Positions 1-10,407 of a DNA stretch of 64,000 bases are shown here, one piece after another. Origin of the DNA: Deltaproteobacteria bacterium RIFCSPHIGHO2_01_FULL_43_49. GTDB lineage: Bacteria > UBA10199 > SPLOWO2-01-44-7. The position numbers and the translations under genes were made by a program. Under the pieces are notes generated by a model that was given only the letters and a program-made list of their open reading frames with translations, searched no databases and was not told the origin of the DNA. Location of the stretch: the NCBI GenBank assembly GCA_001798075.1, contig MGRG01000006.1:11431-75430 (forward strand), in the 5' to 3' direction. Position 1 is the stretch's first letter; every line of letters starts with the position of its first letter.

Positions 1-520
1 CAAAACGATTAAGGTGGATAATGTCGCGATGAAGTTCCACGATAAGGCGCCCATCCGAAAAATTATTTCCCTCTTTTTCAACCGCTTTAAAGCCGATTTG
101 CTCGAGCAAACGTTTTGCCTGGGATAAATCCCTTGACTCCACAATGAAATCAAGATCCCTTTGGGTTCTCGCAAAAATATTTCCATAAAGGCGCAAGGCA
201 AGATCGAAACCCTTGAAAAGTAAAAACGAGATATGGGAGTCTCCGAAAGTTCTCATTATTGTTTTTACATGATTTAAAAGAAGAATGTTTCTGGCCGTGT
301 GTTTGTAATACAAGGCATTCATCTCTTCTTTGAGGGGAGTCGGAACGGTGTTGTTTAACGAAGGATGTTTCCGGATCACTTCGTAGAATAGGGGAAATAC
401 CTCATGGGCTTTGGCCCTTTTGAAGAGGGGTTCCCACGGGATAGGGGTTGTTGGAGGCAGACTGGAGTTGGGAGACAAAAGCTCAATCAAAGGATCCATA
501 GGTTCAACTGGCGTTAGCAT
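1..520 (-). CDS. Nucleotidyltransferase family protein (NTP_transf_5-like), 3' end runs off the window
   Basis: Not in the ORF track. Manual translation from ATG 520 (alternative ATG 499) is open to the window edge: MLTPVEP...LLFKGFDLALRLYGNIFARTQRDLDFIV...LIVELHRDII, with the KG, R-x-x-x-DxD and ELH motifs of this family. Confidence 0.8.
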   Translation of the reverse strand, partial: MLTPVEPMDPLIELLSPNSSLPPTTPIPWEPLFKRAKAHEVFPLFYEVIRKHPSLNNTVPTPLKEEMNALYYKHTARNILLLNHVKTIMRTFGDSHISFLLFKGFDLALRLYGNIFARTQRDLDFIVESRDLSQAKRLLEQIGFKAVEKEGNNFSDGRLIVELHRDIIHLNRF

Positions 521-546
521 TTATTTCTATGCTATGAAAGCGGCAG

Positions 547-972
547 ATGTCCACCACAGAGATCCTTAAAAGTTTTAGCAAAGAGTTGCTTGAAAAAGGC
601 AAGGGGATTCGCCTCCAAGTCTTTGGTTGGAGCATGGTCCCTGCCATCCGTTCAGGAGATTTTATCTGGATCGAGCGTCTAACTTCCGTGCTTCCAAAAG
701 TGGGGGAGATTTTATACTTTCAAGATGCCGCCGGCCGTTTGGTTATTCATCGCCTTGTTGCTATTAAAAGTGAGGGTGATTCTGTCACCTTGATTGTCAG
801 GGGAGATGGCTACGGTGATCGAGTGGATGGGATTGCCCCCTCCGCGGTTTTGGGAAGGGTAACCCATGTGGAGCGGAAGGGAGTAAAAAAAGAGATCGAT
901 TTAATAAAGCCGACGTGGCTGCAAAAAATATGTCGTTTATTACCATTGAGAATATTAGCAAAACATTTGTAA
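547..972 (+). CDS. S24/S26 (signal peptidase I-like) serine peptidase
   Basis: GWSMVPAIRSGD (catalytic Ser), VIHRLV and VRGD motifs; this type is often found beside PqqD and nucleotidyltransferase genes. Confidence 0.8.
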   Translation: MSTTEILKSFSKELLEKGKGIRLQVFGWSMVPAIRSGDFIWIERLTSVLPKVGEILYFQDAAGRLVIHRLVAIKSEGDSVTLIVRGDGYGDRVDGIAPSAVLGRVTHVERKGVKKEIDLIKPTWLQKICRLLPLRILAKHL

Positions 973-1667
973 CAGGCAGAAGACTCAGACACTTTTTTTT
1001 GCCTGGCGGTTCCAAAAAGCTCACTCGCGTTACTGCCTTGGAGAATGTTTCTCTTGCCATTGGGCAAGGGGAATGTTTTGGGCTGATCGGTCCCAATGGG
1101 GCCGGCAAAACAACTCTCCTTAAAATATTGGCGACTTTGGTTCTTCCGGATGCCGGTTCCGTGACCATGGATGGATTAAATCTGCAACAAGACCGTGAAA
1201 TCAGAAAGCGAATCGGTTTGGTCACGAGCGAGGAAAGGAGTTTTTACTGGAGGCTTACCGGAAGGCAAAATTTGGAGTTTTTTGCAGCCCTCCACCATCT
1301 TTCACCAAGGAATGTATCGCAAAAAATTCAGGAGCTTTGTGGTAATTTGGAAATTGAAAATCCGGACAGGCCCTTTCAGGAATATTCCACAGGTCTAAAA
1401 CAGCGCTTTGCCCTGGCAAGGGCCCTGCTGCATGATCCACCGATTTTGCTTTTGGATGAGCCGACCAAAGGACTAGATAGGCTCAGTGCCGAGAAGTTTC
1501 GCCAGATGATCCAAAGGGTTGTTCGCGAACGGCGAAAAACAGTCATCTATGCAACGCACTTTATCCAGGAGATTTCCTCCTTGTTTGACAATGTGGCCCA
1601 TTTGCGTCGGGGCAGGTTGGTTGCCAAGGGCCCCTGGTCTCAAATTTCGAAGGAGGCATTTTGTTAA
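930..1667 (+). CDS. ABC transporter ATP-binding protein (ABC-2 exporter type)
   Basis: Walker A GPNGAGKTT, signature YSTGLKQR, Walker B LLLDEPT; ATG 930 preferred over GTG 915. Confidence 0.93.
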   Translation: MSFITIENISKTFVTGRRLRHFFLPGGSKKLTRVTALENVSLAIGQGECFGLIGPNGAGKTTLLKILATLVLPDAGSVTMDGLNLQQDREIRKRIGLVTSEERSFYWRLTGRQNLEFFAALHHLSPRNVSQKIQELCGNLEIENPDRPFQEYSTGLKQRFALARALLHDPPILLLDEPTKGLDRLSAEKFRQMIQRVVRERRKTVIYATHFIQEISSLFDNVAHLRRGRLVAKGPWSQISKEAFC

Positions 1668-2467
1668 AAGTCCTTTTGGCATTTTTAAAACGGGATTTCC
1701 TGCTTTATTTTAGTTATCGCTTTGTCTTTTTCTCCAATGTCATTACGGTGCTCGCCTTTGCAGGCACTTTTTATTATATAGACCGTCTCTTTGGCATCCG
1801 TTTTGTGGAGGCCCTCAAACCTTTTGGCGGCGATTATTTCAGCTACGTTTTGGTTGGGATTGCCTTGCAGAGTTTTGTGGGTGGGTCCTTGGGAAATTTG
1901 AGCATTCACCTGAGGCAAGAGCAGCTCATGGGGACCCTGGAGGCCATTTTAGCCACCCCTGCGCGCGAGAGTGCGATCCTTTTTTCCATGAACATCTGGA
2001 ATTTTTTATCGGCTTCCTTGGACATGGTCCTTTATATTTTGGCCGGCATATTTGTCTTTAACGTCTCTTTTGCCCAGGTGAATTGGTTTTCTTTTCTGAC
2101 CGTTTTGGCTTTAACCGTGATCAGTTTTTTAGGTCTGGGAACCCTTACCGCTTGTGCCACACTTATTTTTAAGGGGGGGACAAGTATCGCCGGCAACTTG
2201 AATATGCTGTGTGATTTTCTGGGTGGTGTTTATTTTCCGGTCAGTGTCCTTCCATGGTGGCTTAAGGTTGTGGCCTATGGACTCCCCATCACTTATTCGA
2301 TTCAGGCGGCCAACAAAGCCATTTACATGAATGCCTCACTCGCTGAAATTCAGAGGGAGGTGATTATTTTGGCTTTGTTTGCCATCAGTTTGACATTGAT
2401 CAGTCTTCGTTCCTTTAATTTTGCCCTCAAACAGGCCAAACGTTATGGCAACCTCTCGCATTATTGA
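1661..2467 (+). CDS. ABC-2 type permease
   Basis: About 6 hydrophobic segments; EQLMGTLEAILATP and GVYFPVSVLPWWL motifs; overlaps the ATPase gene. Confidence 0.9.
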   Translation: MLKVLLAFLKRDFLLYFSYRFVFFSNVITVLAFAGTFYYIDRLFGIRFVEALKPFGGDYFSYVLVGIALQSFVGGSLGNLSIHLRQEQLMGTLEAILATPARESAILFSMNIWNFLSASLDMVLYILAGIFVFNVSFAQVNWFSFLTVLALTVISFLGLGTLTACATLIFKGGTSIAGNLNMLCDFLGGVYFPVSVLPWWLKVVAYGLPITYSIQAANKAIYMNASLAEIQREVIILALFAISLTLISLRSFNFALKQAKRYGNLSHY

Positions 2468-2471
2468 CGTC

Positions 2472-2586
2472 AAAAGGTGTCTGACTCAAGGTGCCAGGTA
2501 CCTTTTGTTTGCCACAGAAGCGATGACGCGAAAACCAGCAAAAGGTACCTGGCACCTGGGGGCCCCAAAGGTGCCTGGCTCCTTTT
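2472..2586. repeat. Cluster of REP-like palindromes (AAAAGGTGCCTGGCACCTTTT type)
   Basis: aaggtgccaggtacctttt 2488-2506, aaaaggtacctggcacct 2540-2557, aaaggtgcctggctcctttt 2567-2586; related arms at 62405-62444. Confidence 0.7.
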
Positions 2587-4010
2587 GGTATCTTTTAGTG
2601 CTCGTATTGCTTTATATTTTTTTTCGGTTGCCCGTTTTACTATCGTATGCCGAGCCCATCAGTTTTGAACTTCATCGTGGAAATGTGGCGATAGAATTTT
2701 TGGAGGGTTTGAGACTTCCCATATGGGATTATATAGCGGAGCCTTACGCCTTAGCGCCTCTTTTCAATGGTTTATTGACTGCTCCCTTTTTCAAGGTTTT
2801 TGGCGAGACCCTTTTCGCTTTACGTCTATTGCCATTTTTTTGGCATCTTTTTTCTTTAGTAGCCTGGTTTTATGTTTGGCGTTTGGCATTTTCTGCGTCC
2901 CAGGTATTTTGGATTCTTCTCCTTTTTATTCTGGCTCCTCCCAAAATTGTTCACTATGCGATTGCCAATCATGGAACCCACTTTGAGTTGATTTTGTGGA
3001 CAGCCCTATCCATCCTAGTTTTGGAACGCATTATCACAAAAAAATGGCCTCTTTTTTGGGGAGGGTTATTACTAGGTTTCGTTGGGGGTTTTTCAAATAA
3101 TTTTGCTTATTCCAATTTAGCAACTGCCGTGAGCGTTTTGTTCTACATGTTGATTAGAAAACAGAAGAAGGTAATTTATATGGCATACGGTGTGGGATTT
3201 TTATTGGGGTGGTTTCCCGCTTTAATCTACAATGTTACAAGCGGTGGAAGGGGTTTGGAAATCTTCCAAAAGATCTACGCCAGTCTTGCCACACCCTATT
3301 TTTGGATGCTTCATTTGAGGTTAGTTTTCCTAAAGGAAGAGGGGGGTATTCGGGGATTGGCTGTCTTTGAAGGACTTCCAGGTTCTTTGGGCCCTTTTTT
3401 AAGTTTCGGCTTTAGCATAATATATCTAATCTCACTTTTGATTCTGTTAAGATACAAATGGAGTTTTTTTAAGGAAAAGGGAAATCGTTTTGATGTAGTA
3501 GGATTTGCGCTGATCTATCAAATCGTTTTTTTAAGTTTGGTTGTTCTTGTCAGAGAAAACTGGGCCCATTATTATTTATTCCCATTAGTTCCTTTCATGG
3601 GGATGACGATTTTTTTTGCATCCAAAAGGGTGGCGCCCTTTTTGAGAGTTGCCATTATGGGCTATTGTCTTTTTTTAGGCTGCTTAGGAAACATTCTTCT
3701 GACAGACTTTTTTAGAGGAATGGGAAAGACGCTTTCCATCAAAGGATATTCCTATGAAGAATTCAGCGATCAATTGGCATACATCTTAGGTTACAACTTT
3801 GACGCGTTTCAAAAAAAATCTCAAATACTGCTGGAAGGAAAACCTCTTTCGAACAAGCAAGCATTTTATGAGGGGCTCCCCAACGATGTTTTTTTCGTCC
3901 GTACTGTAGGTGACGAAAAGAAAATTTTGGAGTATATCCAAAGTGTTGAAAAAGAGTTTCAGCCGATTTTATTTTCAAAATTTCGAGAGGCCTCCCTTGA
4001 AACAGAATAG
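2523..4010 (+). CDS. Polytopic membrane protein, GT-C/ArnT-PMT-like, paralog 1 of 6
   Basis: Many TM segments; shared motifs ELHRG..A.EFLEGLRLPIWDY and NHGTHFE; ATG 2523 likely start. Confidence 0.6.
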   Translation: MTRKPAKGTWHLGAPKVPGSFWYLLVLVLLYIFFRLPVLLSYAEPISFELHRGNVAIEFLEGLRLPIWDYIAEPYALAPLFNGLLTAPFFKVFGETLFALRLLPFFWHLFSLVAWFYVWRLAFSASQVFWILLLFILAPPKIVHYAIANHGTHFELILWTALSILVLERIITKKWPLFWGGLLLGFVGGFSNNFAYSNLATAVSVLFYMLIRKQKKVIYMAYGVGFLLGWFPALIYNVTSGGRGLEIFQKIYASLATPYFWMLHLRLVFLKEEGGIRGLAVFEGLPGSLGPFLSFGFSIIYLISLLILLRYKWSFFKEKGNRFDVVGFALIYQIVFLSLVVLVRENWAHYYLFPLVPFMGMTIFFASKRVAPFLRVAIMGYCLFLGCLGNILLTDFFRGMGKTLSIKGYSYEEFSDQLAYILGYNFDAFQKKSQILLEGKPLSNKQAFYEGLPNDVFFVRTVGDEKKILEYIQSVEKEFQPILFSKFREASLETE

Positions 4011-5871
4011 AATCATTTTATTTGCGCTTCTCATTTTATATTGTCTCATTCGAATCCCTCAAGTCCTTTCCTATTCGGATACAATCAGCTATGAACTCTA
4101 TCGCGGCACAATCGCTCTGGAGTGGATGGAGGGTTTAAAACTCCCCTTGGGTGATTATTTGACAGACTTTTATTCATGGGCACCTGTTTTTAACGGACTT
4201 TTGACAGCTCCTTTTTTTCTCCTTTTTGGGGAAAATCTATTTGCCTTAAAACTGGTTCCATTTTTTTGGCATTTTTTTTCTTTGATCACATGGTTTTATG
4301 TCTGGCGTCTCTATTTTTCTCCCAAAGAGACCTTTTTGATTCTTATTTTGTTTGTATTGGCTCCACCCAGAATAGTGGAATACATGCTATCTAATCACGG
4401 CACCCATTTTGAAACAATTCTTTGGACCGCCCTTTCTATTTTAATTTTGAATCGTATTGTTCAAAAAGAGGGACGAGTTTTTCAAGGGGGGTTGTTGCTG
4501 GGGCTCATAGGGGGTTTTTCAAGCAGCCTTATTCCAACAAATTTGGTGACGGTGGTGGTTATTTTAATAAGCGCTGTTTTAGCGAAAGCTGAGAAGCGAT
4601 TCTTTTTGGCTTATGCTCTTACATTTTTAGTTGGATTTTGTCCTTGGCTTGTTTTCAATGTCCAACACGATTGGTCAGGTTTAGAATGGCCTAAACAACT
4701 TTTCATTTACCATATTACTTTTGAACAACTTGCTCAAAACCTCTGGGACCTTTTTTTCAAATGGAATCAGGGTCTAAGAGGTTTGTTTCGTTTTGACATC
4801 TTTCATAAGCCTTTTGGAACCATTACGACCATTTCTTATCTTATTCTTTATCCCCTTTGCCTTATTGTCGCGTGTATTCGAAAGCGTATGGATCGCTTTT
4901 CTCTTCTTTTTCAGCTTCTTTTTTTAGGGATTGTTTTGGTCGCACAATATGGATGGGTGGAATATTATTTATTCCCATTGGTGCCGTTCATCGGAATGAC
5001 AATCATTTCTGCGGTTCAGAATGCCCACCCCCTTTTAAAAAATGGGGTCGTTGGGTTTTGCATCCTTAGTGGTCTAATGGGAAATTTACTGTTGGTAAAT
5101 TGGAGCGGAATGGGTAGAAACCTTTTTATTCAAGGATATTCCTTTGGAGAACTGGCTAACGTGATGGAACATCGGTTTGGACAAGATATAACTTTGTTTC
5201 AGGAAAAAGAACGGCGCCTTTTTGAAAATCGTTCTTCTGTTTTTAGAAAAGCATTTTATCAGAATCTTCCCCCGGATATTTTCGCAATCAGTGAAGAAAA
5301 GGGCATCGATAAAATCTTGCTCTACATTAAAGCCGCCCCTGAAGAATTTCAGCCGGTTCTTTTTGAAAAGCTGGGAGTCCAGCTAGGACTTATTTTCGAT
5401 TTTGATCCGGACAGGTTAAACCATGATCTAAAAGAATATCAAATCCCCGCTTCATTTTATCCATTCATTTATCGCGGAGCTGTTTCAGGGCTCAATCAAG
5501 TCAATTTGCCAATGTCTGAAAGAATTCAAAAAGGGTTGGCGTTTTGTAGCAGAATCACACTTGATGCAAAGGTTTCTTGCTACGAAGGCATTGGTGCGTT
5601 AGTTGAGCCGGGATATGTTTCTTCAAAAATCTCGAATCATTTTGTTTTTGTAAACCAAATTCCGGAAGTTTATCGTCAACCCTATTTTTGGGGCGTGGGA
5701 AGATATTTCGCGTCAATATGGGTTCACGAGGGTGACGTCGCTGAAAATTTTATGGCTTCTTTGAAGCCAGAAGAACAGAGTTGGTTTAAAGAAGGCATCA
5801 AGAAAGAAATTTCTTTTATGGAAGATCCATGGATACGAAACGAATTGATAAAAAACTTATCATCCTTTTAG
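3997..5871 (+). CDS. GT-C-like membrane protein, paralog 2 of 6 (long C-terminal soluble domain)
   Basis: ELYRG..EGLKLPLGDY and NHGTHFE motifs; TTG 3997 preceded by GAGAGG. Confidence 0.6.
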   Translation: MKQNRIILFALLILYCLIRIPQVLSYSDTISYELYRGTIALEWMEGLKLPLGDYLTDFYSWAPVFNGLLTAPFFLLFGENLFALKLVPFFWHFFSLITWFYVWRLYFSPKETFLILILFVLAPPRIVEYMLSNHGTHFETILWTALSILILNRIVQKEGRVFQGGLLLGLIGGFSSSLIPTNLVTVVVILISAVLAKAEKRFFLAYALTFLVGFCPWLVFNVQHDWSGLEWPKQLFIYHITFEQLAQNLWDLFFKWNQGLRGLFRFDIFHKPFGTITTISYLILYPLCLIVACIRKRMDRFSLLFQLLFLGIVLVAQYGWVEYYLFPLVPFIGMTIISAVQNAHPLLKNGVVGFCILSGLMGNLLLVNWSGMGRNLFIQGYSFGELANVMEHRFGQDITLFQEKERRLFENRSSVFRKAFYQNLPPDIFAISEEKGIDKILLYIKAAPEEFQPVLFEKLGVQLGLIFDFDPDRLNHDLKEYQIPASFYPFIYRGAVSGLNQVNLPMSERIQKGLAFCSRITLDAKVSCYEGIGALVEPGYVSSKISNHFVFVNQIPEVYRQPYFWGVGRYFASIWVHEGDVAENFMASLKPEEQSWFKEGIKKEISFMEDPWIRNELIKNLSSF

Positions 5872-7229
5872 GGTTGTATTGTCTTTTGAGACTTCCGCTG
5901 CTCCTTTCTCCGTTGGAGGATGTCACCTATGAAATCTACCGGGGAGCCATTGCGCATGATTTGATTCACGGCTTGAAGCTTTCTTTTTGGGATTATGCAG
6001 CCGATCCCTATGGCTTGGGACCGCTGCTTAATGGTTTTTGGACCGTTCCTTTCTTTCTCCTCTTTGGAGAAAATTGGTTTGCGTTGAAATTTGCCCCGTT
6101 TGCCTGGCATTTTTTGACAGTCTTTGTCTGGTATTATGTTTGGAAAGATTATTATGTACCTCAGAAAGCCTTTTTGATTTCTCTTTTTTTCATTTTGGCC
6201 CCCTCCACCATCATTGAGTACAGTTTGACAAATAGTGGTTATCATTTTGAAATGGTTTTGTGGATGGGTCTGACTTTGTTGTTATTGAGAAGGGTTTTGG
6301 CTGGCACCTTTTGGCTAGGAATGTTGGGAGGTTTTTCATCGGCGATGGTCCTGACAAATTTGGTTACGGTTGCGACGGTCCTGTTTTATTTGAAAAATTC
6401 GAGATTGTACCTTTTTTATCTCGTGGGTTTTTGCGTTGGCTTTAGCCCCCTCGTTTTTTTCAATACGGGCTCCAACTGGGGCGAGGCCAATTTTGCCTAT
6501 TTTGCGTATACGTTGTTCACCATTGAGGCATCCATCCCATCCTGGATCATCAACGGGAAGGAGCTTTTGACCCAGGGATTGCCTGCCCTGTTCGGTTTTG
6601 GCAAATTACCCCAGCCGCTGGCGTGGCTGTTTTCCTTCCTTTTTACCGGACTTTATCTTTTGTCTTTAATCCATCTAACTATTCGGAAACCAAAATTACC
6701 GATCGAATCTTTCGGGCTTTTGTTTCAGGTGCTGTTGCTTGTTTGCGCCGTACTCGCCTCCAACGGGACGCGACCCTATTATTTGTTTCCCCTGGTTCCT
6801 TTCGTCGGAATGAATCTTGCACTGTTGCTGGAATCCCTCAGAAAGGAATTCCAATACTCACTGTTGTCATTTTGTTTTATCGGTGGACTGATTGGTAATC
6901 TGAGCCTGCTTCAGCCGGCAAGATTCGGGGAGAGTTTTTCCATGCCGGGGTATTCTAAAATGGATGGGCTTGTCTGGACTCTGGAGAACCGGTTTGGACA
7001 TGATTTGAAACTTTTTTGGGAAAAAAGCCGCATCGTGCTGGCCAACGAAAGTCTTGATTTCAAAAAAGAGTTTTATGGGAGCCTTTCGGGAGAGCTTTTC
7101 AAAATAAAAAGTGAGGAGGATTTAAAACAAGCCTTATCCTTTATTGAAGAACTGGAGCCGGAATTAAGACCCCCCTTGCTTGAGAGGCTGGAGATGGCAC
7201 TGAAACGCTACCGCCTGGAACGCAAATGA
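5829..7229 (+). CDS. GT-C-like membrane protein, paralog 3 of 6
   Basis: EIYRG..GLKLSFWDY, NSGYHFE and YYLFPLVPF motifs. Confidence 0.6.
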   Translation: MDTKRIDKKLIILLGLYCLLRLPLLLSPLEDVTYEIYRGAIAHDLIHGLKLSFWDYAADPYGLGPLLNGFWTVPFFLLFGENWFALKFAPFAWHFLTVFVWYYVWKDYYVPQKAFLISLFFILAPSTIIEYSLTNSGYHFEMVLWMGLTLLLLRRVLAGTFWLGMLGGFSSAMVLTNLVTVATVLFYLKNSRLYLFYLVGFCVGFSPLVFFNTGSNWGEANFAYFAYTLFTIEASIPSWIINGKELLTQGLPALFGFGKLPQPLAWLFSFLFTGLYLLSLIHLTIRKPKLPIESFGLLFQVLLLVCAVLASNGTRPYYLFPLVPFVGMNLALLLESLRKEFQYSLLSFCFIGGLIGNLSLLQPARFGESFSMPGYSKMDGLVWTLENRFGHDLKLFWEKSRIVLANESLDFKKEFYGSLSGELFKIKSEEDLKQALSFIEELEPELRPPLLERLEMALKRYRLERK

Positions 7230-8866
7230 ACCCTCGTTTTTATTTACCCATCCTGTTGTTTCTTTACTGTCTTTTGAGGGCGCCTCTTCTTTTGTCACCT
7301 TTGGATGGCGTTTTGATGGAGATCAGCCGGGGCGCCATTGTGCAAGAGATCATCCATGGTTTGAGACTTCCATTTTTGGATTACTCCGTCGACATGTATG
7401 GGATCGGTTCTTTGGTGGCCTCTGTCTGGACGGTTCCCTTCTTTTTGATTTTCGGTGAAAACTGGTTTGCCTTTAAACTGGCCCCCTTTGCCTGGTATTT
7501 TTTCGCAATCATTGCCTGGTATGGGGTCTGGAAAATAGCTTTTGATTCCAAAAGGGCTTTTCTTATTTCCCTTTTTTTTATTTTTCCTCCACCCAATGTC
7601 ATTCAATACAGTCTTGCCAATATTGGCTACCACTTTGAAATGATTTTGTGGGTGGCCTTGAGTATTTTGCTTTTTCATAAAATTTTGGAAGGGAAGTTAT
7701 CAGAGATTTGGGGTGGTCTGCTATTAGGCGTTCTCGGTGGTTTTTCTTCGGCTGCCGTCCTGACCAATTTGGTAACGGTTGCTGTTATTTTGTTTTATCT
7801 TTTTTTGTATCGCGGCGGTCCGATTCGAAAAGGGATTTTTTTAGGTTGGTATTTTGTAGGTTTTGTCATTGGTTTCAGTCCTTTCCTTTTGTTGAACGCC
7901 TCTTACAACTGGGGAGGGATACGCTTTACAGAATATGTCTTTTCTAATTTCGCCGTTGTCAGAGAGTGGATAAGGCATATCGGTTTTCTTTTGACAACAG
8001 GCCTTCCTACACTATTTGGTTTTCATGAGGGTAGGGCAAGCATTTGGGGATGGGCAGCACTTATTTTTTCTGGTATGTATCTTTTATCACTTTTGCATTT
8101 AGCTGTCCATTTTTTCAAAAATAATTTTTTCAAAAAACAGGGCCTTCAGTTAGAAGCATTTGGTTTTCTCTTCCAAACTTTTTTATTAACACTTTTAGTT
8201 TTGGCAAATAGAGGGGATCATGATCACTATCTGTTTTCCTTGGTTCCTTTTTTTGGAATGAATCTTTTGTTGTTGAACCAAGCCGTTGGCAAAAAAACCA
8301 TTGGATTCATTTCCGTGTTTTGGTTTGGAATCAGTTTAATGGGCCACTGGAATCTTGTTTCATGGGAAAATTTTGGAGCCTCGCTGGTCATGCCCGGTTA
8401 CTCCAAAGAAGAGGGTCTTACTTGGACATTGGAAGACAAATTTGGTTTCGATCTGAAACTGTTTCACGAGAAAAGCCAAATTCTTTTAGAGGGAGAAGAT
8501 GATAAATTTAAAATTTTTTTTTATGGTAATTTAACAAAAGATTTTTTTAAAATAAATAGTGAGGAAGATTTACAAAAGGCGTTGATTTTTATAAGCGGAG
8601 TGGAGCCACAATTCCATTCCATTTTATTTGAAAAGTTCGGGATTGGCTTGGGTCCTTATTGTCAATTTGAAGCGCAAGCTTTAGAAGAGCTTTGCGAAAA
8701 ATATCAAATTCCTATGGAAACAAGACACGTGATTTACCCCGGCTTTATTCAGGCTCTCAATTGGTCTTCTCGGTTCCAATCAGAAAGATTTGCTAAAGCA
8801 GAAATGATTTGTAAGGGGTTAGAAAAGATGGTGTGCACAAGAGGTTTAAGCCTACTCGACCCATGA
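7226..8866 (+). CDS. GT-C-like membrane protein, paralog 4 of 6
   Basis: EISRG..GLRLPFLDY and NIGYHFE motifs; ATGA overlap with the previous gene. Confidence 0.6.
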   Translation: MNPRFYLPILLFLYCLLRAPLLLSPLDGVLMEISRGAIVQEIIHGLRLPFLDYSVDMYGIGSLVASVWTVPFFLIFGENWFAFKLAPFAWYFFAIIAWYGVWKIAFDSKRAFLISLFFIFPPPNVIQYSLANIGYHFEMILWVALSILLFHKILEGKLSEIWGGLLLGVLGGFSSAAVLTNLVTVAVILFYLFLYRGGPIRKGIFLGWYFVGFVIGFSPFLLLNASYNWGGIRFTEYVFSNFAVVREWIRHIGFLLTTGLPTLFGFHEGRASIWGWAALIFSGMYLLSLLHLAVHFFKNNFFKKQGLQLEAFGFLFQTFLLTLLVLANRGDHDHYLFSLVPFFGMNLLLLNQAVGKKTIGFISVFWFGISLMGHWNLVSWENFGASLVMPGYSKEEGLTWTLEDKFGFDLKLFHEKSQILLEGEDDKFKIFFYGNLTKDFFKINSEEDLQKALIFISGVEPQFHSILFEKFGIGLGPYCQFEAQALEELCEKYQIPMETRHVIYPGFIQALNWSSRFQSERFAKAEMICKGLEKMVCTRGLSLLDP

Positions 8867-10401
8867 GACTTTCAGCTAACTGGTTATTATTACTAATCTT
8901 TTTTTATTTTGTTATTCGCTTGCTCCTCATTCTTACCGTTCCGGAAGCGATTACCGATGAACTCTATATCGGCGCCTTGGCCATGGAATTTTTGGAAGGT
9001 TTGAGGCTTCCGCTCTGGGACTATTCCGGGGATCCTTATGGAACAGGCATTTTGTTTTCTGGAATGTTGACCGCCCCCCTTTTTCATTTTTTTGGAAATT
9101 CTATATTTGTTCTAAAGCTTGTCCCACTTATTCTTCATCTCTTGTCGTTAATTGCCTGGTTTTTTGTTTTTCGTCCCCATTTTTCCCAATGGCAGACTTT
9201 CTGGATGCTTCTTTTTTTGGTGATTCCTCCGCCACAATCAATGGAGTATATGCTTTTGAACAACGGCTATCATTTCGTCATGATTTTGTGGATGGCTCTA
9301 TCAATAATCCTCTTTAGAAGAATATTAGAAAATGGGGGTCCTGCCAGTATCTTTCTTTTGGGGTTATTGGGTGGGTTTTCCACAAGTTTGATCCCGACCA
9401 ATTTGATAACGGTCGCAACCATTTTTATCTATCTCATGCTTACCAGGAATTTATTCCGACAAAAAATGTTTTTCGTTTTTTATGGCTTTGGGTTTTTGAT
9501 AGGATTTATACCTTGGATTTTGTTAAACGTGCATAATGATTGGAGAGGGTTTGAAAGCATTTTAGCCTTTTTCTCATCGAAAGCGCCTTTTTTGAATATT
9601 GCTAAAAATTTCTTAAAACTTTTTTTAAAAGAGACCGCCGGTTTTCAGGGGCTTTTTGGGTTTGGAAATCCATTTTTCACAGTGCCCACACTTGGTCTTT
9701 TTCTTTTTGCTTTTGTTTTGCTCGTCAGGAACAAATGGGGTTTTTGGCGGGCAAAAATATTCCGTTTTGATCTCGAAAGTTTTGGATTGCTTTTTCAAAT
9801 CGTGCTGGTGATCTTGGCGGTATTTGAAAGATTGGGGGTTGAAAGAAATTATTACCTGTTCCCCATGATTCCCTTCATGGGGATGACATTAGTCAGGGCA
9901 GGGCAGCTTTTAAACCTCAGAACAAAAATTGTGGTTTTTAGCATTTGGTTGGGGGTTTGTTTGATCGGCAATTATCAAAGAGCGCCATGGCCTTATTTCG
10001 GGCGCTCCTTGTCTTTGCAAGGCTATTCTTACGGCATGTTGTGCGCCAGCTTGGAGGCCGCCTATGGAGATGATATCGATTTGTTCTCTAAACGCTTTGA
10101 TCAACTTCTTAGAAATCGTCCTTATGATATCAAAAAAGAATGTTACGAAAACTTAAGCGGCGGTTTTTTCTTTAAAAGGGATATGGAGCGCCTTAAGAAA
10201 AAACGTCATTTCATCGACACGGTAGAGCCTGAATTTCAACCCATTTTGTTCGAAAAATTGGGAGAAGAACTGGGATTATATGCAAACTTTGATCCTTTGG
10301 CTTTGGGGGTGTTGTTAAAGGAATTAGAAATTGACCCAACTTTTTATCCGCAAATTTATCGTGGTGTTGATGCCGGCCGAGTTTGGAAAGAGGAAAATTA
10401 A
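8863..10401 (+). CDS. GT-C-like membrane protein, paralog 5 of 6
   Basis: DELYIG..EGLRLPLWDY and NNGYHF motifs; start at the ATGA overlap at 8863. Confidence 0.6.
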   Translation: MRLSANWLLLLIFFYFVIRLLLILTVPEAITDELYIGALAMEFLEGLRLPLWDYSGDPYGTGILFSGMLTAPLFHFFGNSIFVLKLVPLILHLLSLIAWFFVFRPHFSQWQTFWMLLFLVIPPPQSMEYMLLNNGYHFVMILWMALSIILFRRILENGGPASIFLLGLLGGFSTSLIPTNLITVATIFIYLMLTRNLFRQKMFFVFYGFGFLIGFIPWILLNVHNDWRGFESILAFFSSKAPFLNIAKNFLKLFLKETAGFQGLFGFGNPFFTVPTLGLFLFAFVLLVRNKWGFWRAKIFRFDLESFGLLFQIVLVILAVFERLGVERNYYLFPMIPFMGMTLVRAGQLLNLRTKIVVFSIWLGVCLIGNYQRAPWPYFGRSLSLQGYSYGMLCASLEAAYGDDIDLFSKRFDQLLRNRPYDIKKECYENLSGGFFFKRDMERLKKKRHFIDTVEPEFQPILFEKLGEELGLYANFDPLALGVLLKELEIDPTFYPQIYRGVDAGRVWKEEN

Positions 10402-10407
10402 AGCGAT

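Noticed and set aside
3910-4010. 101-nt overlap of GT-C copies 1 and 2 as a programmed frameshift
   Set aside because: A TTG at 3997 with an RBS gives a normal N-terminus matching the paralogs and only a short overlap.
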